Counted from the stretch's first letter, positions 51,222 through 61,530 are shown. The stretch: DNA of 64,000 nt from Nitrospirota bacterium (GCA_035625205.1 DASPQB010000296.1:3041-67040); one strand, 5' to 3'. Notes: generated by a model from the letters alone, not told the origin. Program-made: numbers and translations.

Positions 51222-51521
51222 CTATGCTGCTGAATCTTTCGGGGTCTGTTCCCTTTTGGTGGGATTCGCCAATTCTCGTTCGTATTCGGCGAGGACTTTC
51301 TTTTCGATCATCTGCCTCGTCTCGCTGTTCAGCGGATGCGCAATATCCTTGAACGTCCCGTCTTTCATCTTACGGCTCGGCATGGCCACGAACAGTCCTG
51401 CATTCCCATTTATTACACGCAGGTCCCGAATTAAGAACACATTATCTATTGTTATGGTCGCATAAGCCTTAAGTCGCTCTTCATTATTGACCGGAAATAC
51501 CCTCACCTCTGTAATTTCCAT
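51222..51521 (-). CDS. spoVG: septation/regulatory protein SpoVG
   Basis: MEITEVRVFPVNNEERLKAYATITIDNVFLIRDLRVINGNAGLFVAMPSRK matches the canonical SpoVG sequence. Confidence 0.9.
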   Translation of the reverse strand: MEITEVRVFPVNNEERLKAYATITIDNVFLIRDLRVINGNAGLFVAMPSRKMKDGTFKDIAHPLNSETRQMIEKKVLAEYERELANPTKREQTPKDSAA

Positions 51522-51597
51522 ATGCTACCCCCCTCATGGTTGACAGGTAGATTTCTGTTCGGAGGTGCACACCATCAGACCGACGGTGTCCTCTTTC

Positions 51598-52461
51598 CTA
51601 GAGATACTCCGCAAACGGCGATTCGGTCAATGTCTCAGTCGGGTATAAACGCCACCCGCTCCCGGAGAGGTTATGTGCGGCAGCCTGGCATGTCGTTTCT
51701 GTCTTAAAAATTCCGAAAACCGTTGGCCCGCTTCCGCTCATGCGAACGCCGAGCGAACCCTGAGCCAATAAGGCCTCTTTGATCCTGCCGATCACCGGAT
51801 GAACGGCTGCAGTCACGGACTCCAGGTCGTTATGAAGCCCTTCGGCGATATTTTGGACCGAAAGCCCTGCAATTTTAGTACAGTCAACTTTCTTTGTCAA
51901 CCTCAAATTTAAGTTATGGTATACCCACGACGTTGACGTTTCAAATCCCGGATTGACCAGCAGAACCCAGAAGTTCGGGCCAGGAGGCAAGGCAGTTATA
52001 TATTCCCCTCTTCCCCGCGCAAATGCTGTGGGCCCGAAGAAAAAAAATGGGACATCCATGCCTACTTTCGACCCAATTTCTGCCAGTTCCTCCCTGCTGC
52101 AACCAGTACCGAGCAGGCTGTTTGCAGCCACAAGGACGGCAGCAGCATTACCACTCCCCCCTGCAAGGCCTGCTGCAACGGGAATGTTCTTTTTTATGAG
52201 GATGGATAGCCCTTCTTTCCTGCCCGCGGCCTTTAGCAACTCTGCGGCAGCCTTCCAGGCAGTATTACTTTCTCCCGACGGAACAACGCCTCCATCGCAG
52301 TCCACGCGGATACCGAAGCCTCCGCGAGTAACTGTGATCTCGTCGTAGAGACCCACCATCTGCATGAGCATTTCTACCTCATGGTATCCGTCGGCTCGTT
52401 TCCCGAGCACAGACAGACACAGGTTTATTTTCGCCGGAGACCGAAGTGTGATCGAATTCAT
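51598..52461 (-). CDS. ispE: 4-diphosphocytidyl-2-C-methyl-D-erythritol kinase
   Basis: It has GHMP-kinase motifs, AKINLCL.V...R.DGYH and PVAAGLAGGSGNAAA. Confidence 0.85.
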   Translation of the reverse strand: MNSITLRSPAKINLCLSVLGKRADGYHEVEMLMQMVGLYDEITVTRGGFGIRVDCDGGVVPSGESNTAWKAAAELLKAAGRKEGLSILIKKNIPVAAGLAGGSGNAAAVLVAANSLLGTGCSREELAEIGSKVGMDVPFFFFGPTAFARGRGEYITALPPGPNFWVLLVNPGFETSTSWVYHNLNLRLTKKVDCTKIAGLSVQNIAEGLHNDLESVTAAVHPVIGRIKEALLAQGSLGVRMSGSGPTVFGIFKTETTCQAAAHNLSGSGWRLYPTETLTESPFAEYL

Positions 52462-52564
52462 CTCACTCCTTCCTCTTTATTATATATATTATCCCTCTTC
52501 TCAACACAAATGGTTACTCCCCCCTCAAAAAAACCTCGCAGCGATCTTTGAAAAACGTTGTTGG

Positions 52565-53353
52565 CTAAGGGTGGTTGCCATCTTTCGTGTCGTCTTCATC
52601 GGTCAGCATGAACGATTCCTCACTCAACGGCGTGTTCACTTCCACATCGGTATAGTGCACGGTCAGTTGTAGGTTCTTATCTGGGGTATCCACTACGATA
52701 TTGAGCGGAAGTCGATAATGTGATATTTCCTGAGTTCGCTCGTACCTGGCCTCATACACAAGTTTGCCTGCCCTGTACAATTCCTGGGAAAGCATGCGGG
52801 GCTCCTGACTCGATCCAGTCGAAGGATTATTTAGGAAAACACGCCGGATGATATCGTCGTGGCGCAATTCCAACGTGCAATCATTGTCTTGTCCACACAG
52901 CAGCAAGGCAGAGGACGGCGAGGCCGTCACGGGAATATTCCCGGAAAGCACAGTGCAGAGTTCCGATGGCTCCAGACCTTTCCCGAAGAGTTTCTCCAGG
53001 CCCGCAGGCCCTGATCGCGTGACCTTTTCCTGCCCTGGCATGCGAAGGAGAACGTCCCGTCCATCCCAGACAATCGCCATCAGTGATTGGCCAAGAGGAC
53101 CATAGGCCTCCATCCTAAGACGTTTATCTCCATCTATGACAATACCGACAGAATCAAGCGTCCTCTTTCGACCTCGTTTGACAACTTCGAGCCGCGCAAC
53201 GGCTTTAAGGCTTTCGAAGGACAGCTGGCGGTGTTCCAGGACCTTAAGCAGCGGTCCCGCCGGCACAGGTGTAAGGGGCGTCTCCGGTTTTTTGGGAAGG
53301 CAGGAACAAAGGAGCAGAATGATACCAAGGATGACAAGTCTGGAGATTTTCAC
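52565..53353 (-). CDS. LolB-like / DUF4292-type outer-membrane lipoprotein
   Basis: It has a signal plus Cys (ILGIILLLCSC) and a size and position between the TPR gene and ispE that match the common lolB-ispE arrangement. Its start overlaps the TPR gene stop by 4 nt. The family call is from context and weak sequence memory. Confidence 0.5.
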   Translation of the reverse strand: MKISRLVILGIILLLCSCLPKKPETPLTPVPAGPLLKVLEHRQLSFESLKAVARLEVVKRGRKRTLDSVGIVIDGDKRLRMEAYGPLGQSLMAIVWDGRDVLLRMPGQEKVTRSGPAGLEKLFGKGLEPSELCTVLSGNIPVTASPSSALLLCGQDNDCTLELRHDDIIRRVFLNNPSTGSSQEPRMLSQELYRAGKLVYEARYERTQEISHYRLPLNIVVDTPDKNLQLTVHYTDVEVNTPLSEESFMLTDEDDTKDGNHP

Positions 53354-55101
53354 TTCTTGTCTTTCTTCCCCGACTTTCCATCTTTCAGCAAATCGTCGGG
53401 ATTCCCGAACCCGGCCGCCTTAAACCTCTCGCGGAGCTTCTGGTTTGTGGGGTCCAGTTCCAAGGACTTGAGCCACTGTTCTCTAGCCTTGTCTTTGTCC
53501 GATAATTTCAGGAAAATATCGCCATAGTGTTCACGCATCACGGGATCGTCCTTGGAGGTCTTCGCAATTGCCTTTTGCATAACTTCGAACGCCTCTTTCA
53601 ACATACCCTTTTGATAATAAGCCCAGGCAAGGCTGTCAAGGATGTATCCATTATCAGGTTTGATCACAAGCGCCTGTTTGATCAACTGTATGGCTTCGTC
53701 GAGGTGTTCTCCCTTCTCGGCATAGACGTAACCGAGATAATTAAGCGCATCGGCATTGTCGGGCTTCAACTCGATCGTTTTCTTGAGCGATGCGATCATT
53801 TCGTCTCGTTTCCCAAGTTTTTCGTAGGCCATGGCAAGGCTGAACAGCAGATCATCCCTGTCTGGGGCCAGGCGGAGTCCCTGGTTCAAAGTATCGACGG
53901 CTTTCTGGTATTTTTCTCCATCCATATAGGCATTGGCCAGGTAAAGGTAGAGCTCAGGCTTTCCGGGTTGTTCCTCCAGCGCCTTTTCCAGGAGCGGGAT
54001 CGCCTCCTCGGTTTTGCCTGTCTGCGCGTAGAGGTAGGAAATTTGAAGAATTGTATCGAGATCATCGGGCGCGGCTGCGAGGAGGGCTTGATATTCTTTG
54101 AGAGCTTCCTCATAGTGATCCGAAGCGACAAGGGTCGAGGCCAAGTACCGCTTTACCTTGAGATCGTTTGGCAACGCCTTCGATACTTTCCTGAATGCTG
54201 TAGCAGCCTGCTCGTAATTCTTCTGTTCGGAGTAAATAAGCCCGATTTTGACATAGGCGTCATAATTGTTCGGATCCAAGGCTACAATCCGCTCGAACTG
54301 TTTCAGCGCTTCAGCAAGCGCGTTCTGCTGGATAAACAGCTGGCCGAGATGCTGCATGATTTCCACGTTATTGGGATTAATGGCCACGGACTTCTTGTAT
54401 GCCGCGATGGCCTCGGGCATCTTGTCCATGAGTTCATAGACGAACCCGATGCTTGTGTAGGCTGGCTCAAAGTCATCCCGGAGTGATATCGCCCGGTTGA
54501 ATTCTCCTAGTGCCTCAGGATACATATGACGCTCCATGTATATCCTCCCAAGGTAATAGGGAGACATGAGCGAAGTGGGATTGACCTTCTCAAGGGACCG
54601 GAGCGTCTCGACCGCTTCATCATACCGTTTCAAAGAGGCCAGGAGCGACCCGAGATCGATGTAGGCATCCTCCAGCTTGGGATCAATTGAGATTATGCGG
54701 TGATACAAATTAATCGCATCATCATACTTTTTCACCCCCGTATAGATGGCGGCGAGCAGCATGAGCGTCTGAGTCCTGTCGGGCTGAAGCTCGGCGGCTT
54801 TCTGTGCATATCGCGTGGCCTGGTCCAGTTGCCCCTTGCGCAACGACAGTGCCGCGAGCGACAGGGCAATCTCCGCCGACCCCGAGTCGAGGCGGTACGC
54901 CTGCTCATATTCTTTGAGCGCTGCATCAAAATCGCCATCCTGCTCGAGGAGGCTGCCGACCATGAAGTGATAATCGGCATCGGCCTTAGTCTGAACATCA
55001 GGACTGACGGTTCCTACTGTTACTTCCTGCGTCCTGGCCGGCAGGGTTGCACAGGCTGTCAATACCATGATAAGCAGTGCTATGAACGCAAATTTATACA
55101 T
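53350..55101 (-). CDS. TPR-repeat lipoprotein
   Basis: It has the lipoprotein signal MYKFAFIALLIMVLTAC, followed by more than 10 consecutive 34-aa TPR-like units (A..Y..A..L.P.....Y..LG periodicity). Confidence 0.8.
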   Translation of the reverse strand: MYKFAFIALLIMVLTACATLPARTQEVTVGTVSPDVQTKADADYHFMVGSLLEQDGDFDAALKEYEQAYRLDSGSAEIALSLAALSLRKGQLDQATRYAQKAAELQPDRTQTLMLLAAIYTGVKKYDDAINLYHRIISIDPKLEDAYIDLGSLLASLKRYDEAVETLRSLEKVNPTSLMSPYYLGRIYMERHMYPEALGEFNRAISLRDDFEPAYTSIGFVYELMDKMPEAIAAYKKSVAINPNNVEIMQHLGQLFIQQNALAEALKQFERIVALDPNNYDAYVKIGLIYSEQKNYEQAATAFRKVSKALPNDLKVKRYLASTLVASDHYEEALKEYQALLAAAPDDLDTILQISYLYAQTGKTEEAIPLLEKALEEQPGKPELYLYLANAYMDGEKYQKAVDTLNQGLRLAPDRDDLLFSLAMAYEKLGKRDEMIASLKKTIELKPDNADALNYLGYVYAEKGEHLDEAIQLIKQALVIKPDNGYILDSLAWAYYQKGMLKEAFEVMQKAIAKTSKDDPVMREHYGDIFLKLSDKDKAREQWLKSLELDPTNQKLRERFKAAGFGNPDDLLKDGKSGKKDKK

Positions 55102-55238
55102 GGCTTCCAGTCTAGGTGAACGGTTCATAAGTGTCAAGATAAACATCCCTCAGCAGAGCGTCTGAAGCCTCACCCCCACGTACGCCAGATCGATAGCAAA
55201 CGTACACGGCCAGTGAGACCTCTTACGGCACTGTATTG

Positions 55239-56012
55239 TTACTGCGAGTTCATAAGCGTTTTTACGTGTTCCAGACTCGTTTCGATATCGTCTTTGTCAT
55301 GCGCTTCAATCGTAAAAACCGGCATGGGCGCATGAGCCTTCATCAATCCAAAAAACTTCTTGAAATCAATGTTCCCATTGCCTATTGCCCAATGCGAGTC
55401 GGCCTTCCCGTCGTTATCGTGAAGATGCACTTCAACGAGATGACGGCCGAGGGCCTTGAACCATTGCTCTAGCGGAACCTTCGAAAAGAGGTTGAAGTGG
55501 CCTGTGTCAAAACAGAACCCAAAGTCACGATTGTCGATCTTCTCAATCAGCATCCGGAGCGCATCGGGGTCGTCGTCGAACACGTTCTCGATGGCCACGC
55601 GGCAGCCTATCCTGGCCGCCTTGTCCATGACTTTCTGCCAAGCGTCGATGCTGTTTTCAAGCCAAACATCCTTTCGGCCGCTGTAGCGCCATTTGTCGTA
55701 GGCAGCGTGAAACACGGCGGCACGCGGCTTAAGGATCGCAGCAACGTTCAGGAGCTGGCGGAAACGGACCTGAGTGACCGAACGAACCATGGGATCCACC
55801 GCGCCGGGATTCAGGTCCATAAACGGTGCGTGGAGAGATAGCGCGGGGTTCCAATCAAGCCGTTCCAGCAGGTTCTCCAGATCCGGCTTCTCGATCTGAT
55901 CAAGCACTGCGGACGAAAAGTAGATCTCAAGATCATAGCGGCGGCGCCGAATCAGTTCAAAGAAATCCTGCAGTGCAGGAAACGGGACATGAACGTGCAG
56001 TGGTTCCATCAA
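55239..56012 (-). CDS. sugar-phosphate isomerase/epimerase (xylose-isomerase-like TIM barrel)
   Basis: Visible motifs are VAIENV, FCFDTGHFNLF and VHLHDNDGKADSHWAIGNGNIDF, the metal ligands typical of the AP_endonuc_2 fold. Confidence 0.7.
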   Translation of the reverse strand: MMEPLHVHVPFPALQDFFELIRRRRYDLEIYFSSAVLDQIEKPDLENLLERLDWNPALSLHAPFMDLNPGAVDPMVRSVTQVRFRQLLNVAAILKPRAAVFHAAYDKWRYSGRKDVWLENSIDAWQKVMDKAARIGCRVAIENVFDDDPDALRMLIEKIDNRDFGFCFDTGHFNLFSKVPLEQWFKALGRHLVEVHLHDNDGKADSHWAIGNGNIDFKKFFGLMKAHAPMPVFTIEAHDKDDIETSLEHVKTLMNSQ

Positions 56013-56015
56013 AGC

Positions 56016-56309
56016 TCAGCCTTTGGAGGGACAAACGCCCGAACAGTTGCCTCCGGGGCATCCAGCCGGCTGCTTTGCTTCTTCTTTTGGTTTTTCAGCA
56101 ACACCAGCATCTGCAGATTTGCGGTCCTGCGAAGCGTAATCCGTTGCGTACCACCCGTTTCCCTTCAGCACAAATGACGTTGGTGAAAGAACCTTTCGCA
56201 GGTTTTTGGCGTTGCAAATCTTGCACATCGTTAACACAGGATCACTAAATTTCTGGAGAACCTCGAAACGGCCTCCACAGCTTCCGCATTCATACTCGTA
56301 ATTCGGCAT
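56016..56309 (-). CDS. FmdB-family zinc-ribbon protein
   Basis: MPNYEYECGSCGGRFEVLQKFSD...CKICNAKNLRKV is the CxxC...CxxC FmdB signature. It has a Cys-rich tail, GCPGGNCSGVCPSKG. Confidence 0.75.
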   Translation of the reverse strand: MPNYEYECGSCGGRFEVLQKFSDPVLTMCKICNAKNLRKVLSPTSFVLKGNGWYATDYASQDRKSADAGVAEKPKEEAKQPAGCPGGNCSGVCPSKG

Positions 56310-56637
56310 AGCAAAACCTCCACATCTCGTTAAAATTATCTAAGCTGGAACTATTATTATAAACAATGGACTGTAAGAAAACAAGTAGTTTCATGGAGTT
56401 TGGTTTTCCCCCATGATGCATAGCGGATCGGTCCATGCAAAATACCTATCCGATACCTTTTAAGGTAAGAGAAGGCGGACAATGCATTTCTGGCAAAAAT
56501 ATCATGGAATAAGAGATAGTGGGGCAACTCGACTCGCAACAGACATGAACTGTGGATGGGAAATTGGTACCACACCGTATAATGTTTCGGGCAGGAAGCA
56601 TGAGGTTCGTATAGGCAACACTGACGAATGCCAAGAC

Positions 56638-58008
56638 TTAACCTACCACATTGTATTCGCGTACACGGAACCGTGCACCAAGTTCTTCAGCGATGGCACG
56701 ACAGGCATCGACATCGACTTCCGGCGCTGAGACAACGGTGGCTGTTACCGCGGAGATGTATTTCCTGGCTTCACGGATGAAATCTTTAACCGCTTCATAA
56801 GTTTCGATACCGAATTTCGGTTGGCTGATCTTAAAATAGGCTTCCGCATTGTGGGCGTTTAAACTTACGCTCACAGCGTCCACAAGCCCGGCAAGTTCGG
56901 GCAAGATGTTCCGCTTATGGATCAGGTTGCCATGTCCGTTCGTGTCGACACGAACTCTCCCCCCCCTCCGCTTCACTGCTGCGGCAACGGTCTTGACAGT
57001 ATCGAGTCGGAGCAGCGGTTCACCATACCCGCAGAACACGATTTCCCCATACCGCGTCGGGTCGCCGATTTCCGTGATCAGCTCATCGGCGGTAGGCTCT
57101 GCTCCAAGCCGGAGGTTATGCCCCTTCACAAAATCGGTGTGATAGCGTATGCAGAACACGCAGGCAGCCGTGCACCGATTCGTGATATTAAGATAGAGGG
57201 AATTACGTATAGGATAGGTTATCTGGCCGCGCTCGGGGAGCGTGCCAATGCCGAAGAGTTGCATGGCATTAAAGCTCGTGATCCGAGCAACATCGTCCAC
57301 AGAGAGCCCTTTGAGGGCGGCGATCGCCTCTGCCGTATAGCGGAGGAAGGCCGGTTCGTTCCGCTTGCCCCGCACAGGCTGCGGCGCAAGGTAAGGAGCG
57401 TCCGTTTCAATCAACAGGTGCTCGATCGGGATCTGTTTGACAATGTCACGCAATGATTCAGCTTTTGGGAAGGTGACCGGCCCGGCTATGGAAATGGAAA
57501 ATCCCATCTCGATCACGCTCTTTGCCATGGCCGCGTCGCCGGAGAAGCAATGCAAAACCCCTCCGAGGTCCGGTGACCATTCTTCCGAGATGATCTGGAG
57601 AGTATCTTCATGGGCGTCTCGGTCGTGCACAATGACGGGCATGTCGAGTTCCCTAGCTTCGCGCAGCATCGCGCGAAAATTTCTCTTCTGGTCCGGGCGC
57701 GGCGAATGTTCGTAATGATAGTCGAGGCCGATCTCGCCATATGCTACGACCTTTTTATGCTGTGCAAGGTGCCTGAGAATATCGTAGGCCGGGTGAAGAA
57801 TATCCTTCACTTCATGTGGATGGATTCCGATCGCCGCGTAGATAAAGTCATACTTGTCCGCCAGGACCACCGCATCACGGCTCGACTCGAGTGTGGTCCC
57901 TATCGAGATGATGTATTCGACGCCCGCTTCCCGCGCCCGTTTGATCACTTCCTCGCGGTCTTCATTAAACTCGCGCATTTCTAAATGCGCGTGAGTGTCA
58001 ATTAACAT
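56638..58008 (-). CDS. fusion of TatD-family metal-dependent hydrolase with a radical-SAM domain
   Basis: The N-terminal half has MLIDTHAHLEM, GEIGLDYHY, VIVHDRDA, GVLHCFSG and ETDAPYL (TatD motifs). The C-terminal half has LYLNITNRCTAACVFC (CxxxCxxC, about 57151-57175), FCGYGEPLL and VRVDTNGHGN. The start is at ATG 58008. Confidence 0.8.
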   Translation of the reverse strand: MLIDTHAHLEMREFNEDREEVIKRAREAGVEYIISIGTTLESSRDAVVLADKYDFIYAAIGIHPHEVKDILHPAYDILRHLAQHKKVVAYGEIGLDYHYEHSPRPDQKRNFRAMLREARELDMPVIVHDRDAHEDTLQIISEEWSPDLGGVLHCFSGDAAMAKSVIEMGFSISIAGPVTFPKAESLRDIVKQIPIEHLLIETDAPYLAPQPVRGKRNEPAFLRYTAEAIAALKGLSVDDVARITSFNAMQLFGIGTLPERGQITYPIRNSLYLNITNRCTAACVFCIRYHTDFVKGHNLRLGAEPTADELITEIGDPTRYGEIVFCGYGEPLLRLDTVKTVAAAVKRRGGRVRVDTNGHGNLIHKRNILPELAGLVDAVSVSLNAHNAEAYFKISQPKFGIETYEAVKDFIREARKYISAVTATVVSAPEVDVDACRAIAEELGARFRVREYNVVG

Positions 58009-58144
58009 AGTGTTACTCAACCCCGGAGAAAAATCTAAAATGGCAGGATAAACACGACCAGCGGCAAAATGCACGATCCCAATTCAAAATAAGAGCGGCA
58101 TCATGTAACCTGCGCCCGCTATCATCCCCCATCCCGCAATCGGC

Positions 58145-60106
58145 TTATTTTACCCTGCTCCCCTGCTTGGTTTCCCGATCAAAGGTGGCCACGGCCAGAA
58201 CGTCCCCGTTACTCGCGGCCAGAAGCATGCCCTGAGATTCAATCCCCATGAGCTTAGCCGGCTTCAAGTTTGCTACGATTACAACGGATTTCCCGAGGAG
58301 ATCGTCGGGCGAATAGCTTTTGCCGATGCCCGCAACGATCTGGCGTGTTTCCGTGCCAATGTCAACTTTGAGCTTGATAAGCTTCTCGGACTTCTCAACG
58401 CGTTCGGCTGATTCAATCTTGCCAACGCGAAGGTCGACTTTCATAAAATCTTCTATCCCCATGAGATCGGGTCCGGCAACCTCCGGTTTTGGTACGGGTT
58501 TCTTCGATTCTTCCGTCTTTTCCATCTTTTTCTCCAATGCTCTTTTTTGATCAATCCGAGGGAATAGTTGGACACCCGGCTGAATGAAGTTCCCCACTGC
58601 TAATTTCCCCCACTGGTGTTCTTCGTGCATACGGCAGGTGCTCACCTGCTTGTTTACTCCGAGAGCATTCCATATCTTCTGCGATGTCGACGGCATGACC
58701 GGGAAGAGGTAGAGGCCAATCAACCGGAGCGATTCTGAGAGGTTGTAGAGCACGCTGCCGAGCCGGGCCAGGTCGTTCTTCTTCGCGAGTGTCCAGGGCG
58801 CATTCTCCTCCACATAGCGGTTTGCTCGCGCAACGATGCTCCAAATATCCTGAAGATATTTCGTAAAGGCTAGCGAGGCAAGATTCTCCTCGATCTTCAT
58901 GGGTGTCGATGCGGTTATTTCGCGCAGCTCGATATCGCTCGGTTGTTCAATTCGTGCGGGCGGGACCTTGCCGTTAAAATACTTATTGATCATCGTGACG
59001 ACCCTCGATAGAAGATTCCCGAGATCATTCGCGAGTTCAGTATTAAACCGAGTGGTGAACGTCATGATTGAGAAATCACCGTCGAGACCAAAGGGCACTT
59101 CCCGCAGTACGAAGTAGCGGAACGAGTCTGCTCCATATGCATCGGCAATTTCATTCGGATCGATTACGTTTCCGAGCGATTTGGACATTTTTTTCCCGTC
59201 CTGCGTCCACCAGCCGTGGGCGAAAATGTTGCCGGGCAACGGAAGATCAAGGGCCATAAGCATCGTGGACCAGTAGACACTGTGCGTGGTCAGGATGTCC
59301 TTACCCACGAGGTGATGGTCGGCAGGCCACCAAAATTGTTCCCGCTCTTCGGACGTGCGGAAATCTCCGGTCGACGGGCTCAGGTAACGCGTCGCGGAGT
59401 AATAGTTTACGAGCGCGTCAAACCAGACGTACGCAACAAAGTCTCTGTCAAAGGGCAGCTCGATTCCCCAGGAAAGCCGTGCCTTCGGCCGTGAGATACA
59501 AAGGTCACCAAGTTGCTGCGTTTTGAGGAAGCCTAGCACCTCGTTCCGCCGACTCTCAGGCCTGATGTAGTGAGGGTTCTCTTCGATATGGGCAACGAGC
59601 CGCTCCTGATACTTGCTCATGAGGAAGAAATAGTTGTCCTCGGTGATGCGTTCTACAGGCCTACCGCAGTCGGGGCATTTTCCCTCGACGATCTCCTTCG
59701 CTGTCCAAAAGCGCTCATCCGGCGTGCAGTACCATCCCTCGTAGGTCCGCCGTTCGATCTCGCCCTTCTCAAAGAGTTTCTGCAACAACTCCTGTACAAC
59801 GGCAATGTGATCTTTGTCCGTCGTGCGGATGAAAGCATCGTTCGAGATCTCCAGCTTCTTCCAGAGACTCTTAAAGTTTACCGTCATAAGGTCCGCGTGC
59901 GCCTTCGGCGTCAGACCGCGAACGATGGCCGCTTTTTCGACCTTCTGTCCGTGCTCGTCGGTACCTGTGAGGAAAAATACCAGATCCCCCCTGAGGCGGT
60001 GGTAGCGAGCCAGCGTGTCCGCGGCGATCGTGGTGTAGGCGTGTCCGATGTGCGGCACGTCGTTTACATAGTAGATCGGTGTTGTTATATAAAATTTCTT
60101 TGGCAT
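58145..60106 (-). CDS. metG: methionyl-tRNA synthetase with C-terminal tRNA-binding (Trbp111/EMAP-like) domain
   Basis: It has the HIGH-type motif PHIGHAYT, the zinc knuckle CPDCGRP, KMSKS (KMSKSLGN) and a C-terminal DLRVGKIESAERVEKSEKLIKLKVDIG. Confidence 0.9.
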   Translation of the reverse strand: MPKKFYITTPIYYVNDVPHIGHAYTTIAADTLARYHRLRGDLVFFLTGTDEHGQKVEKAAIVRGLTPKAHADLMTVNFKSLWKKLEISNDAFIRTTDKDHIAVVQELLQKLFEKGEIERRTYEGWYCTPDERFWTAKEIVEGKCPDCGRPVERITEDNYFFLMSKYQERLVAHIEENPHYIRPESRRNEVLGFLKTQQLGDLCISRPKARLSWGIELPFDRDFVAYVWFDALVNYYSATRYLSPSTGDFRTSEEREQFWWPADHHLVGKDILTTHSVYWSTMLMALDLPLPGNIFAHGWWTQDGKKMSKSLGNVIDPNEIADAYGADSFRYFVLREVPFGLDGDFSIMTFTTRFNTELANDLGNLLSRVVTMINKYFNGKVPPARIEQPSDIELREITASTPMKIEENLASLAFTKYLQDIWSIVARANRYVEENAPWTLAKKNDLARLGSVLYNLSESLRLIGLYLFPVMPSTSQKIWNALGVNKQVSTCRMHEEHQWGKLAVGNFIQPGVQLFPRIDQKRALEKKMEKTEESKKPVPKPEVAGPDLMGIEDFMKVDLRVGKIESAERVEKSEKLIKLKVDIGTETRQIVAGIGKSYSPDDLLGKSVVIVANLKPAKLMGIESQGMLLAASNGDVLAVATFDRETKQGSRVK

Positions 60107-60230
60107 AGTCCCTGCGTTGATTCGGAAAACCTCCACAGTACACCGTAATTTCCCAGCGATCCCCAATCGCAACATCTACCCGTTCAAAATGTTTCTCCCC
60201 TCATAGCGATTTCCGACCTCCGGAAGGCCC

Positions 60231-61427
60231 TTAGCTCTTTTCCGGTCCTTGTGGTGGCTTGATATCGCTCTGTTGACCCATCCCCTTCTTCTTTTTTCGC
60301 CAGAACCGGCGCCTTTTCCTTTTACCGGCCTTCTCGCCTTCCTGCGGTTGCTTCTCGGCTTTCTGTTCCTGCAGTTGAGGCTTTTCCATTTTTTGCTTTG
60401 GTTGTTGCTGGCGCTCCCGGGGAGGGCCACCCGGCGGCTGTTGCGGTTTCCTCTCCTGTTGTAAATCTCGTCTTTTCTCGGGCCTTCCGTCGGACTTCTG
60501 GCCGCCTTCTATCTGTTTATCCTTCCGGAGATTCTGCTGTTTACGATCCTCCTGGCGTCGCTTTTCTTCAGCAAGCTGACGCTCCTCGGCCTCTCTCCGC
60601 TCCTCTGAAATCCGGCGTTCTTCTTCCACTTTCTTTTCCTTGACAATGGCCTCTCGCATGCCTGCAACATCTTTTTTAATCTCGTCGTACATTTCATATT
60701 CATAGGACAGACAGCAGAGTAAACGGCCACAGACACCGGAGATTTTAGCCGGGTTGAGCACCATCTCCTGTTTTTTGGCCATCCGTATCGATACGGGTTC
60801 GAAATTTTTCAGAAACGACGCGCAGCAGAGTTCCCTGCCGCACGGTCCAAACCCTCCGATGAGACGCGCCACGTCTCTGACGCCGATCTGGCGCATCTCG
60901 ATTCTGCTATGGAGCTTATAAGCAAGATCCTTGACCAATTCGCGGAAGTCAATTCTTGACTCGGAGAAGAAATAAAACGTAGCACGCGAAATATCGAAGG
61001 AGTATTCCACACGGATCAGCTTCATCGGTAGTTCCCGTTCAGCGATCATGTCCTGTGCGATCTTAAAGGCCTCTGCCTCGAGCTCTTTGTTCTTCTCATC
61101 CCGTGCGAGATCCTCCTCTGTTGCCTCGCGCAGCACTTTTCTCAGTAGCTTCGGCGCCTGCCTGCTTGCATGGGCGGATGCATCGGGCGCCGGTTCACGA
61201 GCTGACTCTTCTTCGATCTGAAGCCCGTGCTCCAGCTGAACAGGTTCCGGGATCGGTGGGGCAACTTGTTTTTTGAGGCGTATAACGATGGCAAGCCCCT
61301 GCCCCCGTTCGGAATCGACTATGACCTTGTCGCCGATGGCGATCTCCAGATCGGTTGCGTCAAAATCATAGACTTTCCAGTTATCTCGAAAACGCACGCC
61401 TGCTATTTTTATCATCGTATCTGTCAT
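60231..61427 (-). CDS. ricT: PSP1-domain protein (RicT/YaaT-like) with long charged low-complexity tail
   Basis: It has a PSP1 core with the Cys pattern GPCGRELCCASFL...SGVCGRLLCCLSYE. The last roughly 140 aa are E/R/K/Q-rich. The symbol is assigned by homology to B. subtilis YaaT, from memory. Confidence 0.75.
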   Translation of the reverse strand: MTDTMIKIAGVRFRDNWKVYDFDATDLEIAIGDKVIVDSERGQGLAIVIRLKKQVAPPIPEPVQLEHGLQIEEESAREPAPDASAHASRQAPKLLRKVLREATEEDLARDEKNKELEAEAFKIAQDMIAERELPMKLIRVEYSFDISRATFYFFSESRIDFRELVKDLAYKLHSRIEMRQIGVRDVARLIGGFGPCGRELCCASFLKNFEPVSIRMAKKQEMVLNPAKISGVCGRLLCCLSYEYEMYDEIKKDVAGMREAIVKEKKVEEERRISEERREAEERQLAEEKRRQEDRKQQNLRKDKQIEGGQKSDGRPEKRRDLQQERKPQQPPGGPPRERQQQPKQKMEKPQLQEQKAEKQPQEGEKAGKRKRRRFWRKKKKGMGQQSDIKPPQGPEKS

Positions 61428-61530
61428 TGTGTATCGGTTTTTTTATTCTCTGTTTTCGTAAAGATTCAGGACTGCGCCTACGAGCAAAAAACTCGCCGTG
61501 ATCCGCTGAATTCTAAAATCCTGATGCGCT

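Noticed and set aside
53527-54486. 319-aa + strand ORF opposite the TPR gene
   Set aside because: It is an antisense shadow of a repetitive TPR gene. It has no SD, no motifs and an odd composition. The minus-strand product has a lipoprotein signal and regular TPR periodicity.
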